Made by a program: the position numbers and the translations under genes. Below, one piece after another: positions 11,668-19,717 of a DNA stretch of 64,000 bases; the first letter of the stretch is position 1, and each line of letters begins with the position of its first letter. The stretch lies in the sequence record OZ196593.1; one strand, written 5' to 3'. The notes beneath the pieces are model-generated. The model was not told the DNA's origin. It saw only the letters and a program-made list of their open reading frames with translations, and ran no database searches.

Positions 11668-13542
11668 ATGAGTAATTCAGACAAAACAGATCTAGTGTAT
11701 CGCCATTTAGACTTTAGCGGTGCATCGAAGATTTTCAACCTACCAAACGCTGATACGGCTGGCGCACCATTGCCGAAGTCTCAGATCGAAGCACTATTAG
11801 CAGATAAGCAAGATAATACGTCTGCGGGTTCTGGTATTTCATTTGACGGGACTGAGATTAACGTCGATCTTGCGACAGCGGGTTCAGACTTTTCAGGGTT
11901 CAGTCTAACAGAAACTGATCACACGTCACTAAACGGTACATACACGCGATTGAACTATCGCGCATATCTAGACTACTCAGGTACGAATCTAGATTTGACA
12001 TACGGTGGTGACTTCAACGTTTACTACAAAGACAATGGCGCAGGCGTATGGGCGATTGTTGCACGTCGTGAAATCGATGGTAGCGCAGGCACATCAGATA
12101 GCGGTACATGGATGGCAGCGTTGACTACAATCGACCCTACATCAATCACAACTGACGTGACATCGTTCATTCCTAACTACCAAGCGGTAGACTCGAATAC
12201 ATGTGCGAATGCTGACGTTCAAGATGAAGCGGGTTTTCGTTCACCGGCTGAAGGTTATGTTCTTGTAACTCTATCATACGGCACTGGTTCAACACCGGCT
12301 GGTCTGAAATTTGACAACAACAAGCTTGCTCTTGATTTTGCAAACGCAATTGCGGATGCAGCATCGACAAAAGTGTTCCCATCGTCAATCATCAAAACTT
12401 ACATTGATGAGCAAATCAGTGATGCGAAAGATCTAGCAAATCACCCGTTCTCGAACGCGATTGCTCAGATTGCAGGCAACCCGGTGAACGCGCAGTCAGC
12501 ATTCGAAAAACTTGCTGCTGAAAACAACACACAAGACACAACAATTTCTGGTATTCAGACTGTAAACACTACACAAACGTCTCAAATCACAGCGGTAGCT
12601 AGTGCAGTAGGCGTTGCACTAGGTTCATCAGACCTAGGTGATATGACATCGACGTGGATCACGGACAATTCAGATGTCAAGGCTGTGTTGAATGAAATCA
12701 CCGCAGAAATGGACTTGCGTGCTGTTTCTAGTCAAAATTTACTAGGTGTTTCACTTAGTGATGTGGGCATGGGTGATATGGTATCCCCGATATACACTGA
12801 CGATTCTAACGTAAAAACATTGCTTGAAGAAGCAGGTTCTGCTATCGAATCACTACAAGTTGGTGCAGGTGCGTTCTGGACTGCTGTAGATTATCACCAC
12901 CACGAAGATTCTCACGCACTTCCTGCGGGATTCGGTGATGGTTCGACTGACGTTGGTACGCTAGTAATCGACCCGACGGGTTCGAACTTGACAGTTGCAG
13001 AACTTGAAACGGGTGATCGTATTCTTGTAATCGGTGACGGCACAGATCCAATTACTGGTATCTACGTTGTAAACGCTGATAACTCGACTCAACGTGCAAC
13101 TGACGCGCAAGCAAGTGGTGATTTCACGACAAACAAAACAGTGAACATCATCAACGGTGGCTCACACGCAGGTGCGACTTACGCATATGTTGGTGCTTCT
13201 GATCCTACACTAGGCTCTGACGCTCTACCGTTCGAGTTCAAGCAAGGTACAAACGTCGGTGATACAACAATCACTGAAGCTAAACTTGCTATCGTTCTTG
13301 CTCAGAAAGTGAATGACAAGACTGACAAAGAGACTGCTACATTCGATATAAATACATCAGATGGAAACGGTGGCTTTACTGAAACAATTGCACATACGCT
13401 AGGCGAAGATTACATCGCTCAAGTGGCAGATGCTGCAACTGGTGAAGTACGCACCAATTTCGAAGTTGTTAAATCGGACAACCAAGTAGTGGTTAACTCA
13501 AACATTTCTGTTACTGGTTTGAAGATTGTAATTATTGGTTAA
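11668..13542 (+). CDS. Putative virion fibre / head decoration protein
   Basis: Late operon; LDFSGASKIFNLP start, tandem G-x-x-L-G-x-x-D-x-G-D-M repeats, GDRILV..GIYVV..RATDA module typical of phage fibres. Confidence 0.65.
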   Translation: MSNSDKTDLVYRHLDFSGASKIFNLPNADTAGAPLPKSQIEALLADKQDNTSAGSGISFDGTEINVDLATAGSDFSGFSLTETDHTSLNGTYTRLNYRAYLDYSGTNLDLTYGGDFNVYYKDNGAGVWAIVARREIDGSAGTSDSGTWMAALTTIDPTSITTDVTSFIPNYQAVDSNTCANADVQDEAGFRSPAEGYVLVTLSYGTGSTPAGLKFDNNKLALDFANAIADAASTKVFPSSIIKTYIDEQISDAKDLANHPFSNAIAQIAGNPVNAQSAFEKLAAENNTQDTTISGIQTVNTTQTSQITAVASAVGVALGSSDLGDMTSTWITDNSDVKAVLNEITAEMDLRAVSSQNLLGVSLSDVGMGDMVSPIYTDDSNVKTLLEEAGSAIESLQVGAGAFWTAVDYHHHEDSHALPAGFGDGSTDVGTLVIDPTGSNLTVAELETGDRILVIGDGTDPITGIYVVNADNSTQRATDAQASGDFTTNKTVNIINGGSHAGATYAYVGASDPTLGSDALPFEFKQGTNVGDTTITEAKLAIVLAQKVNDKTDKETATFDINTSDGNGGFTETIAHTLGEDYIAQVADAATGEVRTNFEVVKSDNQVVVNSNISVTGLKIVIIG

Positions 13543-13554
13543 TTATAAAGGGGG

Positions 13555-14082
13555 TTGGACGTGAGTCAACTTACTAAACATGCAGATACATTGACGAAAG
13601 GCGAGCTGGATGCATTCGCAAAAGAATACTACGGTCTAGATCTAGACCGTCGTAAATCAAAAGGCGCGATGACGAAAGCACTTGTCGAGCACGATCAGAC
13701 AAATGCGCCTGTTAAACCGTTACCTTGGGAAGAGCTTTTAGTTGAAACGCCAGCCGAAGAAACTGAAGTAACAGAAGAAGTGGCAGAAGCGAAAGCTCCT
13801 GCTGCTCCGATTGAAGCTGAACAAGAAACAAAAGTTGTTGAGACGAAAGTCGATGCATCATTTGTACCCGCACGCTTGCCATTCAAGCGCGACGGTGTAC
13901 CGTTCATGACTGCTTCAGCATCGGTAGTTGATTTTGTCGCTGAATTGAAAGCAGGCAAGGTTAGCTTAGAGCAATGTCCACGTAGCGATGAGAAAGCAGT
14001 TAAATCTATTCTGTTTTACATCGAACGTGACGGTAAGGTGCTTGTACGCGAAACGCGTAACAGTCGCTTTATCGAACTATAA
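13555..14082 (+). CDS. Inh-like prohead protease inhibitor paralogue
   Basis: C-terminal FYIERDGKVLVRETRNSRF resembles T4 Inh YYINRDGSVLIRETRNSSF. Confidence 0.75.
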   Translation: MDVSQLTKHADTLTKGELDAFAKEYYGLDLDRRKSKGAMTKALVEHDQTNAPVKPLPWEELLVETPAEETEVTEEVAEAKAPAAPIEAEQETKVVETKVDASFVPARLPFKRDGVPFMTASASVVDFVAELKAGKVSLEQCPRSDEKAVKSILFYIERDGKVLVRETRNSRFIEL

Positions 14083-14093
14083 GGGGTTTTAAC

Positions 14094-14426
14094 ATGACAG
14101 CACCAATTGGTGGTATCTACGGTATCTTAGATATCGACGTAACAGTATCTGACACGGTCGTTGCACAAGCAGATGCTGCAAAGTCAATCTATGATGATGT
14201 AGATGCGTCGAACTTTCATCATGGTGGTGAAAAGTACGTACTAATCGAACAAACACACGCAGAGCTTGATTCTCAGTTAGCGGACGGTCTTGTAGACTTG
14301 ACTGGCTTGACTCAAGAATCAATCGACGTAATCGCGAACGCGGTTGATGGCGAAACTACGCTATGTCGTGAAACTGCAAACAGCCGATTCTTCCGAATCA
14401 ACTGGACAGTTACAGTAACACCATAA
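14094..14426 (+). CDS. Short protein with Inh-like C-terminal motif
   Basis: DGETTLCRETANSRFFRI motif. Confidence 0.5.
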   Translation: MTAPIGGIYGILDIDVTVSDTVVAQADAAKSIYDDVDASNFHHGGEKYVLIEQTHAELDSQLADGLVDLTGLTQESIDVIANAVDGETTLCRETANSRFFRINWTVTVTP

Positions 14427-14428
14427 AC

Positions 14429-14456
14429 AAAAAGCCCGCTAAATGCGGGCTTTTTT
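14429..14456. terminator. Bidirectional terminator
   Basis: AAAAAGCCCGC-TAAAT-GCGGGCTTTTTT between convergent ORFs. Confidence 0.85.
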
Positions 14457-14472
14457 GTGTCTGTAAGCGATT

Positions 14473-15639
14473 CTAAGCAACGAATGCTACACGCTGTACC
14501 AATGTTTGTTTTTCACCCTTAAACTCTTCGTGAGTCTTTACAGTAGCTTTTACAGTGGCTTTCTCGCCCTCTGCTACGTACTCGTCTTCTTTGTTCTCAA
14601 GACGCTTAGAGCCAAACCATACAACTAAGTTGTTTTGCTCGTCGCGGAAGCGGTGAATGTACGTGTCGCCGTAGTAGCCGTCAAGTACGATTACTTTTTC
14701 AAGTGTTAGCGTGAATGTTTCGCGCTTCTTAACAGTACCGATGTACTCAGATTCGCCAAGCTCTTCAACTTTCTTCGCTTTAGCTTTCATGATTTCTTCT
14801 TTCTCTACGCCTTTGCTGTATGCAACAACTGACGCAGCTAAGAAACCCGCTTGCTTGTACTCGATGTAATCAGGCTTACATGAAGCGATAACGTTGCTCA
14901 TGAAGTCGTTAGTTGCTTCTTGCTCACCAACCCATTTGCGGATTGTTTCTGCACGCTCAGTCATCTTGTCGAAGTCAACTTTAGATAGAAGCTCATCGCG
15001 GTCATTGCGTGCTTCTTTCGTGTTTGCGTTAAGAAGACGCATTGCTTCAAACTTAGTCTCGCCACCTGCGATGTAACGACCGTCGCGCTCAACTACCATG
15101 CATACCCAAGTAAGAAGCTCGATTGTAGTGTAGCAAGGCTTCGCAGAACCGCCGCCAACGAATTCGTCACCGAAAGATTCAACTGCTTCGAAGAAAGAAG
15201 CTAGAGAGTTAACCGATTTAGTCGGGATGTAGTATTTCAAGCAAGAGCCGCCAACACGCATTTCAGTGTCTTCGTTTTTGATAACGTAAGTTACGTTACG
15301 AGCGCGGTTCGTGTTGCAGTGATCACACGTTGTATCACCAAGAAGATGACGGTGATTAGTCTCACCGTGAGAGCGAACAAGACCCGTTTCGTGGTCAAGT
15401 TGAGTTACGAAATCCCATCCGTTGAACTGTGGGTATTCGCCCGTGATAGTCACGTCGTTGTAGTACACTTTGTACCAACCGTTTACGCCTAGCACGTTTT
15501 CGTACGTCTCTTTACCAACTTCAAGAGTAAGCGCATCAACGCCAATTTTCTTAGCAATCTTGTTAGCAGCATCAACGCGTGCTGTAAGTTCAGTGATGTG
15601 ACGAGCGCGAATTCTGTAAGTTGAGTTGATAGCAGTCAT
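14473..15639 (-). CDS. Early hypothetical protein with CxxC cluster and C-terminal OB-like region
   Basis: CDHC...GGSC; own sigma70-type promoter and GAGAG leader. Confidence 0.75.
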   Translation of the reverse strand: MTAINSTYRIRARHITELTARVDAANKIAKKIGVDALTLEVGKETYENVLGVNGWYKVYYNDVTITGEYPQFNGWDFVTQLDHETGLVRSHGETNHRHLLGDTTCDHCNTNRARNVTYVIKNEDTEMRVGGSCLKYYIPTKSVNSLASFFEAVESFGDEFVGGGSAKPCYTTIELLTWVCMVVERDGRYIAGGETKFEAMRLLNANTKEARNDRDELLSKVDFDKMTERAETIRKWVGEQEATNDFMSNVIASCKPDYIEYKQAGFLAASVVAYSKGVEKEEIMKAKAKKVEELGESEYIGTVKKRETFTLTLEKVIVLDGYYGDTYIHRFRDEQNNLVVWFGSKRLENKEDEYVAEGEKATVKATVKTHEEFKGEKQTLVQRVAFVA

Positions 15640-15684
15640 AATGTTCTCTCTATGTAAATGGACGATTTGTTTCGTTGATAGAGA

Positions 15685-15713
15685 TATTACTGCTTTTTGG
15701 TGAAAGCGTCAAC
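15685..15713 (-). promoter_or_regulatory. Early sigma70-type promoter TTGACG-N17-TAATAT
   Basis: Read on minus strand upstream of 15639. Confidence 0.8.
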
Positions 15714-15749
15714 CGCAAACCTAAAAAAGCGCAAATTAATGCGCTTAGT

Positions 15750-16727
15750 TTATTTTTCTAGTTCGTAGAAGACTGTATCACCACTCGACATAGAAGTAAC
15801 TGAGAGATTGTAACCCTCTTGTGCTCCAAGCTTGCGCATGATTCTAGTGTATAGAGATTTACGCTTCTCATTACCATCGCCAGTAGCTGTAACAACTTTG
15901 CGGCAGTTGTATTGATGAGCAAACGTAATTGCTTCTTGTGCAACTGTAGCGAATACCGTAAATGCGTTTTCAGAATCAGTGATATCGTAAGTCCATTTGC
16001 CGTTCACAGACGCGTGGAAGTGAATCTCGACTGTATCAACCGTTATGTTATCTTCCCAACCAAAGTCAATATCGTCTGAGTCTTCGTGCTGAATACCATG
16101 AGGTACTAGAACGATTTGATACATTTGATTACCGACTTCAAACAACCCGAATATTGGCTTGCGGTCTTTCGTTGGCGTATTGCCTTTCGGGTATGTTACT
16201 TTAGCTGCTCGGTCAAGTGACTCAGTAAGATTGACAGATGAAAGCCAGTCTTGCCAGTTCTTACGACTACCGATTTTTGTAAATGGGATATCGTCGTGGT
16301 CGAGCCACTGAATCGAACGGTCGTATGATTGCGACACGTTAAATCCGTTGTAGTCGTCACCGACCCATAGCCATTTGTGATGCCAGATTTGATTGACTTG
16401 TCGTGGCTTCGCGACTTTGCGTTCTGCAACGTCAACGACAATCATCTTACCAGCCGCAGGTTCTTGTACGTGATCGAACTCAGTTGATTCGTAGAAAGCA
16501 ATCGTAGACTTCTTGTAATCGATTCTAACGACGTTCGGGCAGAAAGTCGGGTTCTCAATCGAAAGAAGCGTGCGTGCTTCTGCTACGCGCTCTTTGAACT
16601 CTTCAGGTACGTAATTGATGTGTAAGTATAATGCACCGCCGATATCTTTACCCACGCCCCATTTGCTTCGTTTAACTGCTGAACCTTTTCGCGTCTTCAG
16701 CGTTGCGCGTTCAAAGATTAGATTCAT
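15750..16727 (-). CDS. Two-module late protein; N-module resembles Dnd-associated putative methyltransferase accessory domain
   Basis: See findings; co-transcribed with 16727-17323 from TCTAAATA. Confidence 0.7.
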   Translation of the reverse strand: MNLIFERATLKTRKGSAVKRSKWGVGKDIGGALYLHINYVPEEFKERVAEARTLLSIENPTFCPNVVRIDYKKSTIAFYESTEFDHVQEPAAGKMIVVDVAERKVAKPRQVNQIWHHKWLWVGDDYNGFNVSQSYDRSIQWLDHDDIPFTKIGSRKNWQDWLSSVNLTESLDRAAKVTYPKGNTPTKDRKPIFGLFEVGNQMYQIVLVPHGIQHEDSDDIDFGWEDNITVDTVEIHFHASVNGKWTYDITDSENAFTVFATVAQEAITFAHQYNCRKVVTATGDGNEKRKSLYTRIMRKLGAQEGYNLSVTSMSSGDTVFYELEK

Positions 16728-17323
16728 TATCGTCTCGATTGGTCGTTTATAATGTGACGCATCAAGTTAACTGCGTAATCCGTTTGACCGGTCATAGCAG
16801 CCGATGCAGCTTTATCGACGTAGAACGTACTGTCTTCGATCATGTTCAGATGCTTATAGATCTCTCTGAAGTCGTGACGGTCGTATTCTTTATCAGACCA
16901 ACGTAAAGCACCTGCTTTTTTGTCGTCGTCGTGAACACGCTTGTACTCATCGATAACACGAATCATTTCCGAAGCTTGCTTCTTCATCATCATGTTGTCC
17001 ATCTTCAGACGTTTCGCAGCTTTTGCTACTTCGTCTTGAGGACGGTCGTGCTGTATAGCGTCCATTAGAATGTTCATGCTATGCAGAGTATCAATGCCCG
17101 CCTTTTCCATAGCTTGTTGTTGTCGCTGAAGCGTAGAATTGTGCTTGCCTAGCTCACCCGATGCTGTAGCACTCGCGATAAGACCAGAAAATACACTCCA
17201 CCAACCGCCTTTCTTCTGTATACGCTTCTTAACTTCACCTTTCGAACCGCTAGTAAAGTCTTTGAATTGCGCCCACTTACCAGAAAGTGTTGCTTTTTCA
17301 CGTTCAGTCAAAAATTCAATCAT
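16727..17323 (-). CDS. Late helical protein, candidate head-internal protein
   Basis: MIEFLTE N-terminus; TCTAAATA promoter and AAGGGG SD. Confidence 0.7.
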   Translation of the reverse strand: MIEFLTEREKATLSGKWAQFKDFTSGSKGEVKKRIQKKGGWWSVFSGLIASATASGELGKHNSTLQRQQQAMEKAGIDTLHSMNILMDAIQHDRPQDEVAKAAKRLKMDNMMMKKQASEMIRVIDEYKRVHDDDKKAGALRWSDKEYDRHDFREIYKHLNMIEDSTFYVDKAASAAMTGQTDYAVNLMRHIINDQSRR

Positions 17324-17349
17324 GATTTTAACCCCTTATTTGTTTCTTA

Positions 17350-17357
17350 TATTTAGA
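17350..17357 (-). promoter_or_regulatory. Late promoter variant TCTAAATA
   Basis: Minus strand, 27 nt upstream of 17323 start, just downstream of terminator. Confidence 0.65.
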
Positions 17358-17365
17358 CACAAACG

Positions 17366-17391
17366 AAAAAAGGTAGCCGAAGCTACCTTTT
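17366..17391. terminator. Intrinsic terminator
   Basis: AAAAAAGGTAGC-CGAA-GCTACCTTTT. Confidence 0.85.
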
Positions 17392-17404
17392 GGGATATCT
17401 GATA

Positions 17405-18034
17405 TTAACCGTAGATGTTTTTGATTACGTTGTCGAAGAACTCATGACGTTCATTAACTTTCGCAATGACGTAACGTGCATTCGAACGCAGTGCGTTTTC
17501 AACCGCCCATTTAGGTGACGATACACTAAAGCCCGATTTTGTGAAGATTTCAAGCAATTCTTCACGTCGAGAAGTCTTAGCAAGACTCATGATGTATCGA
17601 ACTTGTTTCTTAACTGGTAGTGCTTTGAACTCGTCGATAGCACACACGCCCATAGCTTGAACAGACTGACCTAGACCGTCGTTTAGAACTTCGGTTAGAA
17701 TCTTCTCAAGACCAAGAAGCGGCGAGCGTGTTAACGTGTAGCTGTCAACTTCGATAATTCGCTTCGCTTTCACGTTAGCAGTCAGTGTATATGTACGACG
17801 ACCGCTTGCAGTGTCTTGTGAAATACAAGCAAATTGCTCATTTCGCGCTAAAACACCATGCACTTTACGACGTAGAGTTTCGTCAAACTTACCGTCATTC
17901 AGTGAATACACGATATCGTAGATAGTCAGCTCACGAAGCTCAAGCAGCTCTTCGAGTGCGTTCTGGAATACGTTGCGACGCTTACATACGCCAGTTTCAG
18001 CTAGATCTTTACGCACTTCGATTACATTTTTCAT
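17405..18034 (-). CDS. Early hypothetical protein, possible winged-helix
   Basis: 209 aa ORF with GAGAG leader; helix pattern followed by GRRTYTL wing-like strand. Confidence 0.65.
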   Translation of the reverse strand: MKNVIEVRKDLAETGVCKRRNVFQNALEELLELRELTIYDIVYSLNDGKFDETLRRKVHGVLARNEQFACISQDTASGRRTYTLTANVKAKRIIEVDSYTLTRSPLLGLEKILTEVLNDGLGQSVQAMGVCAIDEFKALPVKKQVRYIMSLAKTSRREELLEIFTKSGFSVSSPKWAVENALRSNARYVIAKVNERHEFFDNVIKNIYG

Positions 18035-18057
18035 AATATATTTCTCTCTAAAATCAG

Positions 18058-18354
18058 TTATTGTACTTGTTTGTCACCTAGTCGCACTTCGACTGGTGAT
18101 TGAATTTCTTCAAATTCTGTGCCTGTGTAAGCAACATATGCTTCGTGGAAGCTATCTTCACCTGACTCAACGACAATATCAGTTTCATTATCGAACGTGT
18201 ACAACACATGATCATACAGTTCTGTACCTAAATTGTACATCGGTTCAGTTGTGAAAGGAACACCACAAGGAGTCGTCAACATCACTAGTTCTGTGTTGAC
18301 AGCGACGCGGTCGATATCAGGGAACTGATTGAATTGCTGTTCGAGTATGTTCAT
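18058..18354 (-). CDS. Early hypothetical protein
   Basis: 98 aa ORF directly after early promoter. Confidence 0.65.
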   Translation of the reverse strand: MNILEQQFNQFPDIDRVAVNTELVMLTTPCGVPFTTEPMYNLGTELYDHVLYTFDNETDIVVESGEDSFHEAYVAYTGTEFEEIQSPVEVRLGDKQVQ

Positions 18355-18386
18355 AGTGTTTCTCTCATTTGTTGTCTACGAGACGA

Positions 18387-18415
18387 ATAATACGGCTATT
18401 TTTCATAGCCGTCAA
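18387..18415 (-). promoter_or_regulatory. Early promoter TTGACG-N17-TATTAT
   Basis: Minus strand; contains CGGCTAT/ATAGCCG inverted repeat. Confidence 0.75.
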
Positions 18416-18418
18416 CCG

Positions 18419-18904
18419 TTATTTGCGCCATTTTGCAAGTTTTTCATCATATTCGCTGTGTTTCCACAAATCAAACACGATTGTCCCGCTCTGAAACCAC
18501 CACACAAGTGAGATTGTATCGTTAAGTTTCGGATCTTTCGGGTTCTTACCCACGTACAGTTCAGTGCTAGGGTGCGAGTGGTAAATCGCTTTCTTCACTT
18601 GAAACTTGTAACCACTCTCTGGCTTACCGATTTCTTTTGGCGGGTGTATGTTGCCTTTGTACGCGACTTCATACACTGTGTTCTTAAACACGATACGACT
18701 AGAGTCGATATTAAATAGCAAGTTTTGGTACTGCACTGCATTCGGGTGCAAACGCCATTTGTGTTTCGGTGTTGCGTTCAGTAGCTGATCAATCTCTGGC
18801 TCTTGTATCATCTTGCCTAGATTGTGATTGCCCCACTCTTCGTCAAGCGAGATAGCAAGGTCTACCGTGAACACTTCATTTTCGTATTCGCTAAATTTAA
18901 ACAT
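18419..18904 (-). CDS. Hypothetical protein
   Basis: 161 aa ORF immediately downstream of inh. Confidence 0.65.
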   Translation of the reverse strand: MFKFSEYENEVFTVDLAISLDEEWGNHNLGKMIQEPEIDQLLNATPKHKWRLHPNAVQYQNLLFNIDSSRIVFKNTVYEVAYKGNIHPPKEIGKPESGYKFQVKKAIYHSHPSTELYVGKNPKDPKLNDTISLVWWFQSGTIVFDLWKHSEYDEKLAKWRK

Positions 18905-18906
18905 GA

Positions 18907-19422
18907 CTACCCCAGAACTACGAATGAATTGGATAGATTGTCACGAACAAGCAGTTCGCCGCGCAGTGCAACCCAATATGCGATTGTCTGCAACTCGTGA
19001 GTATCGCGATTGCCGATTAAGTACGCGTGAATGTCATCGTGCTTAACAACTTGGAACAATTCACCCTCATGGCGATACGATGGCGTCCATTTCGGCTTGA
19101 ATTCGTCTTGGATTTGAATCGTGACTTCAATGTGTTCGACTGGATTGCTGATAACCACCTCTAGTTCAACGTCAGACCCTTCTACAGTCGTTTTAACGAT
19201 TGGCGCGTCTGATTCATCGACTAAATCACATGTCGTCTCTGAGCTGATTACAGACGTGTCTAGATAATCATCAGGAAAGCTAGTGATCTTATCGACGTTA
19301 GCCATGATCAATCGAATCGCTGCTGATTTGGTTAGCGTCTTGTCGTATTCGATATCAGTGTGTGCAAGCTGAAACTCGATGACTTCGCGCTTCGTCTTGC
19401 CTTTCAAGTATTCTTCGTTCAT
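18907..19422 (-). CDS. inh: Inhibitor of prohead protease (syntenic copy)
   Basis: IAYWVALRGELLVRDNLSNSFVVL motif; divergent from uvsW as in T4. Confidence 0.7.
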   Translation of the reverse strand: MNEEYLKGKTKREVIEFQLAHTDIEYDKTLTKSAAIRLIMANVDKITSFPDDYLDTSVISSETTCDLVDESDAPIVKTTVEGSDVELEVVISNPVEHIEVTIQIQDEFKPKWTPSYRHEGELFQVVKHDDIHAYLIGNRDTHELQTIAYWVALRGELLVRDNLSNSFVVLG

Positions 19423-19661
19423 TTTGTTGCCTCATCATATTCAACTGTAATCCAGTTGTTTGTATTACAGTCAAAGAATGTAATTTGTGTAGTGTCAGTA
19501 TAATTCTTTCGCATTTCTGCTTTATTTCTATCAAGACGCGGTAAATACTTCACGTCTAATGTCGCATTGTACTCGATTCCGTGTAGTGTGAACTTATGCA
19601 ATCCTTTTGCAAGTGCTTCGATTTTCTTGTCTCGCTTCGAGCGTAATTTCATTGATTTCAA
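19419..19661 (-). CDS. Small protein, possible DUF2693/WYL_2-like
   Basis: ATLDVKYLP...FFDCNTNNWITV resembles TLxxxxLP...WDLxxxxWRSF pattern. Confidence 0.5.
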   Translation of the reverse strand: MKSMKLRSKRDKKIEALAKGLHKFTLHGIEYNATLDVKYLPRLDRNKAEMRKNYTDTTQITFFDCNTNNWITVEYDEATK

Positions 19662-19666
19662 ACCTC

Positions 19667-19674
19667 TATAAATA
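19667..19674 (+). promoter_or_regulatory. Late promoter TATAAATA for uvsW
   Basis: Exact consensus; faces a minus-strand TCTAAATA at 19686-19693. Confidence 0.75.
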
Positions 19675-19717
19675 CAGTTATAACATATTTAGACGAAACT
19701 CGCATAGAGAGAAAATC

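Noticed and set aside
19607-19717. Longer upstream starts in the ORF track for uvsW, gp34, gp61, frd, 30.2, 60232 and 62961
   Set aside because: The extensions cross promoters or terminators, and downstream ATGs have SD sites and match homologue N-termini.
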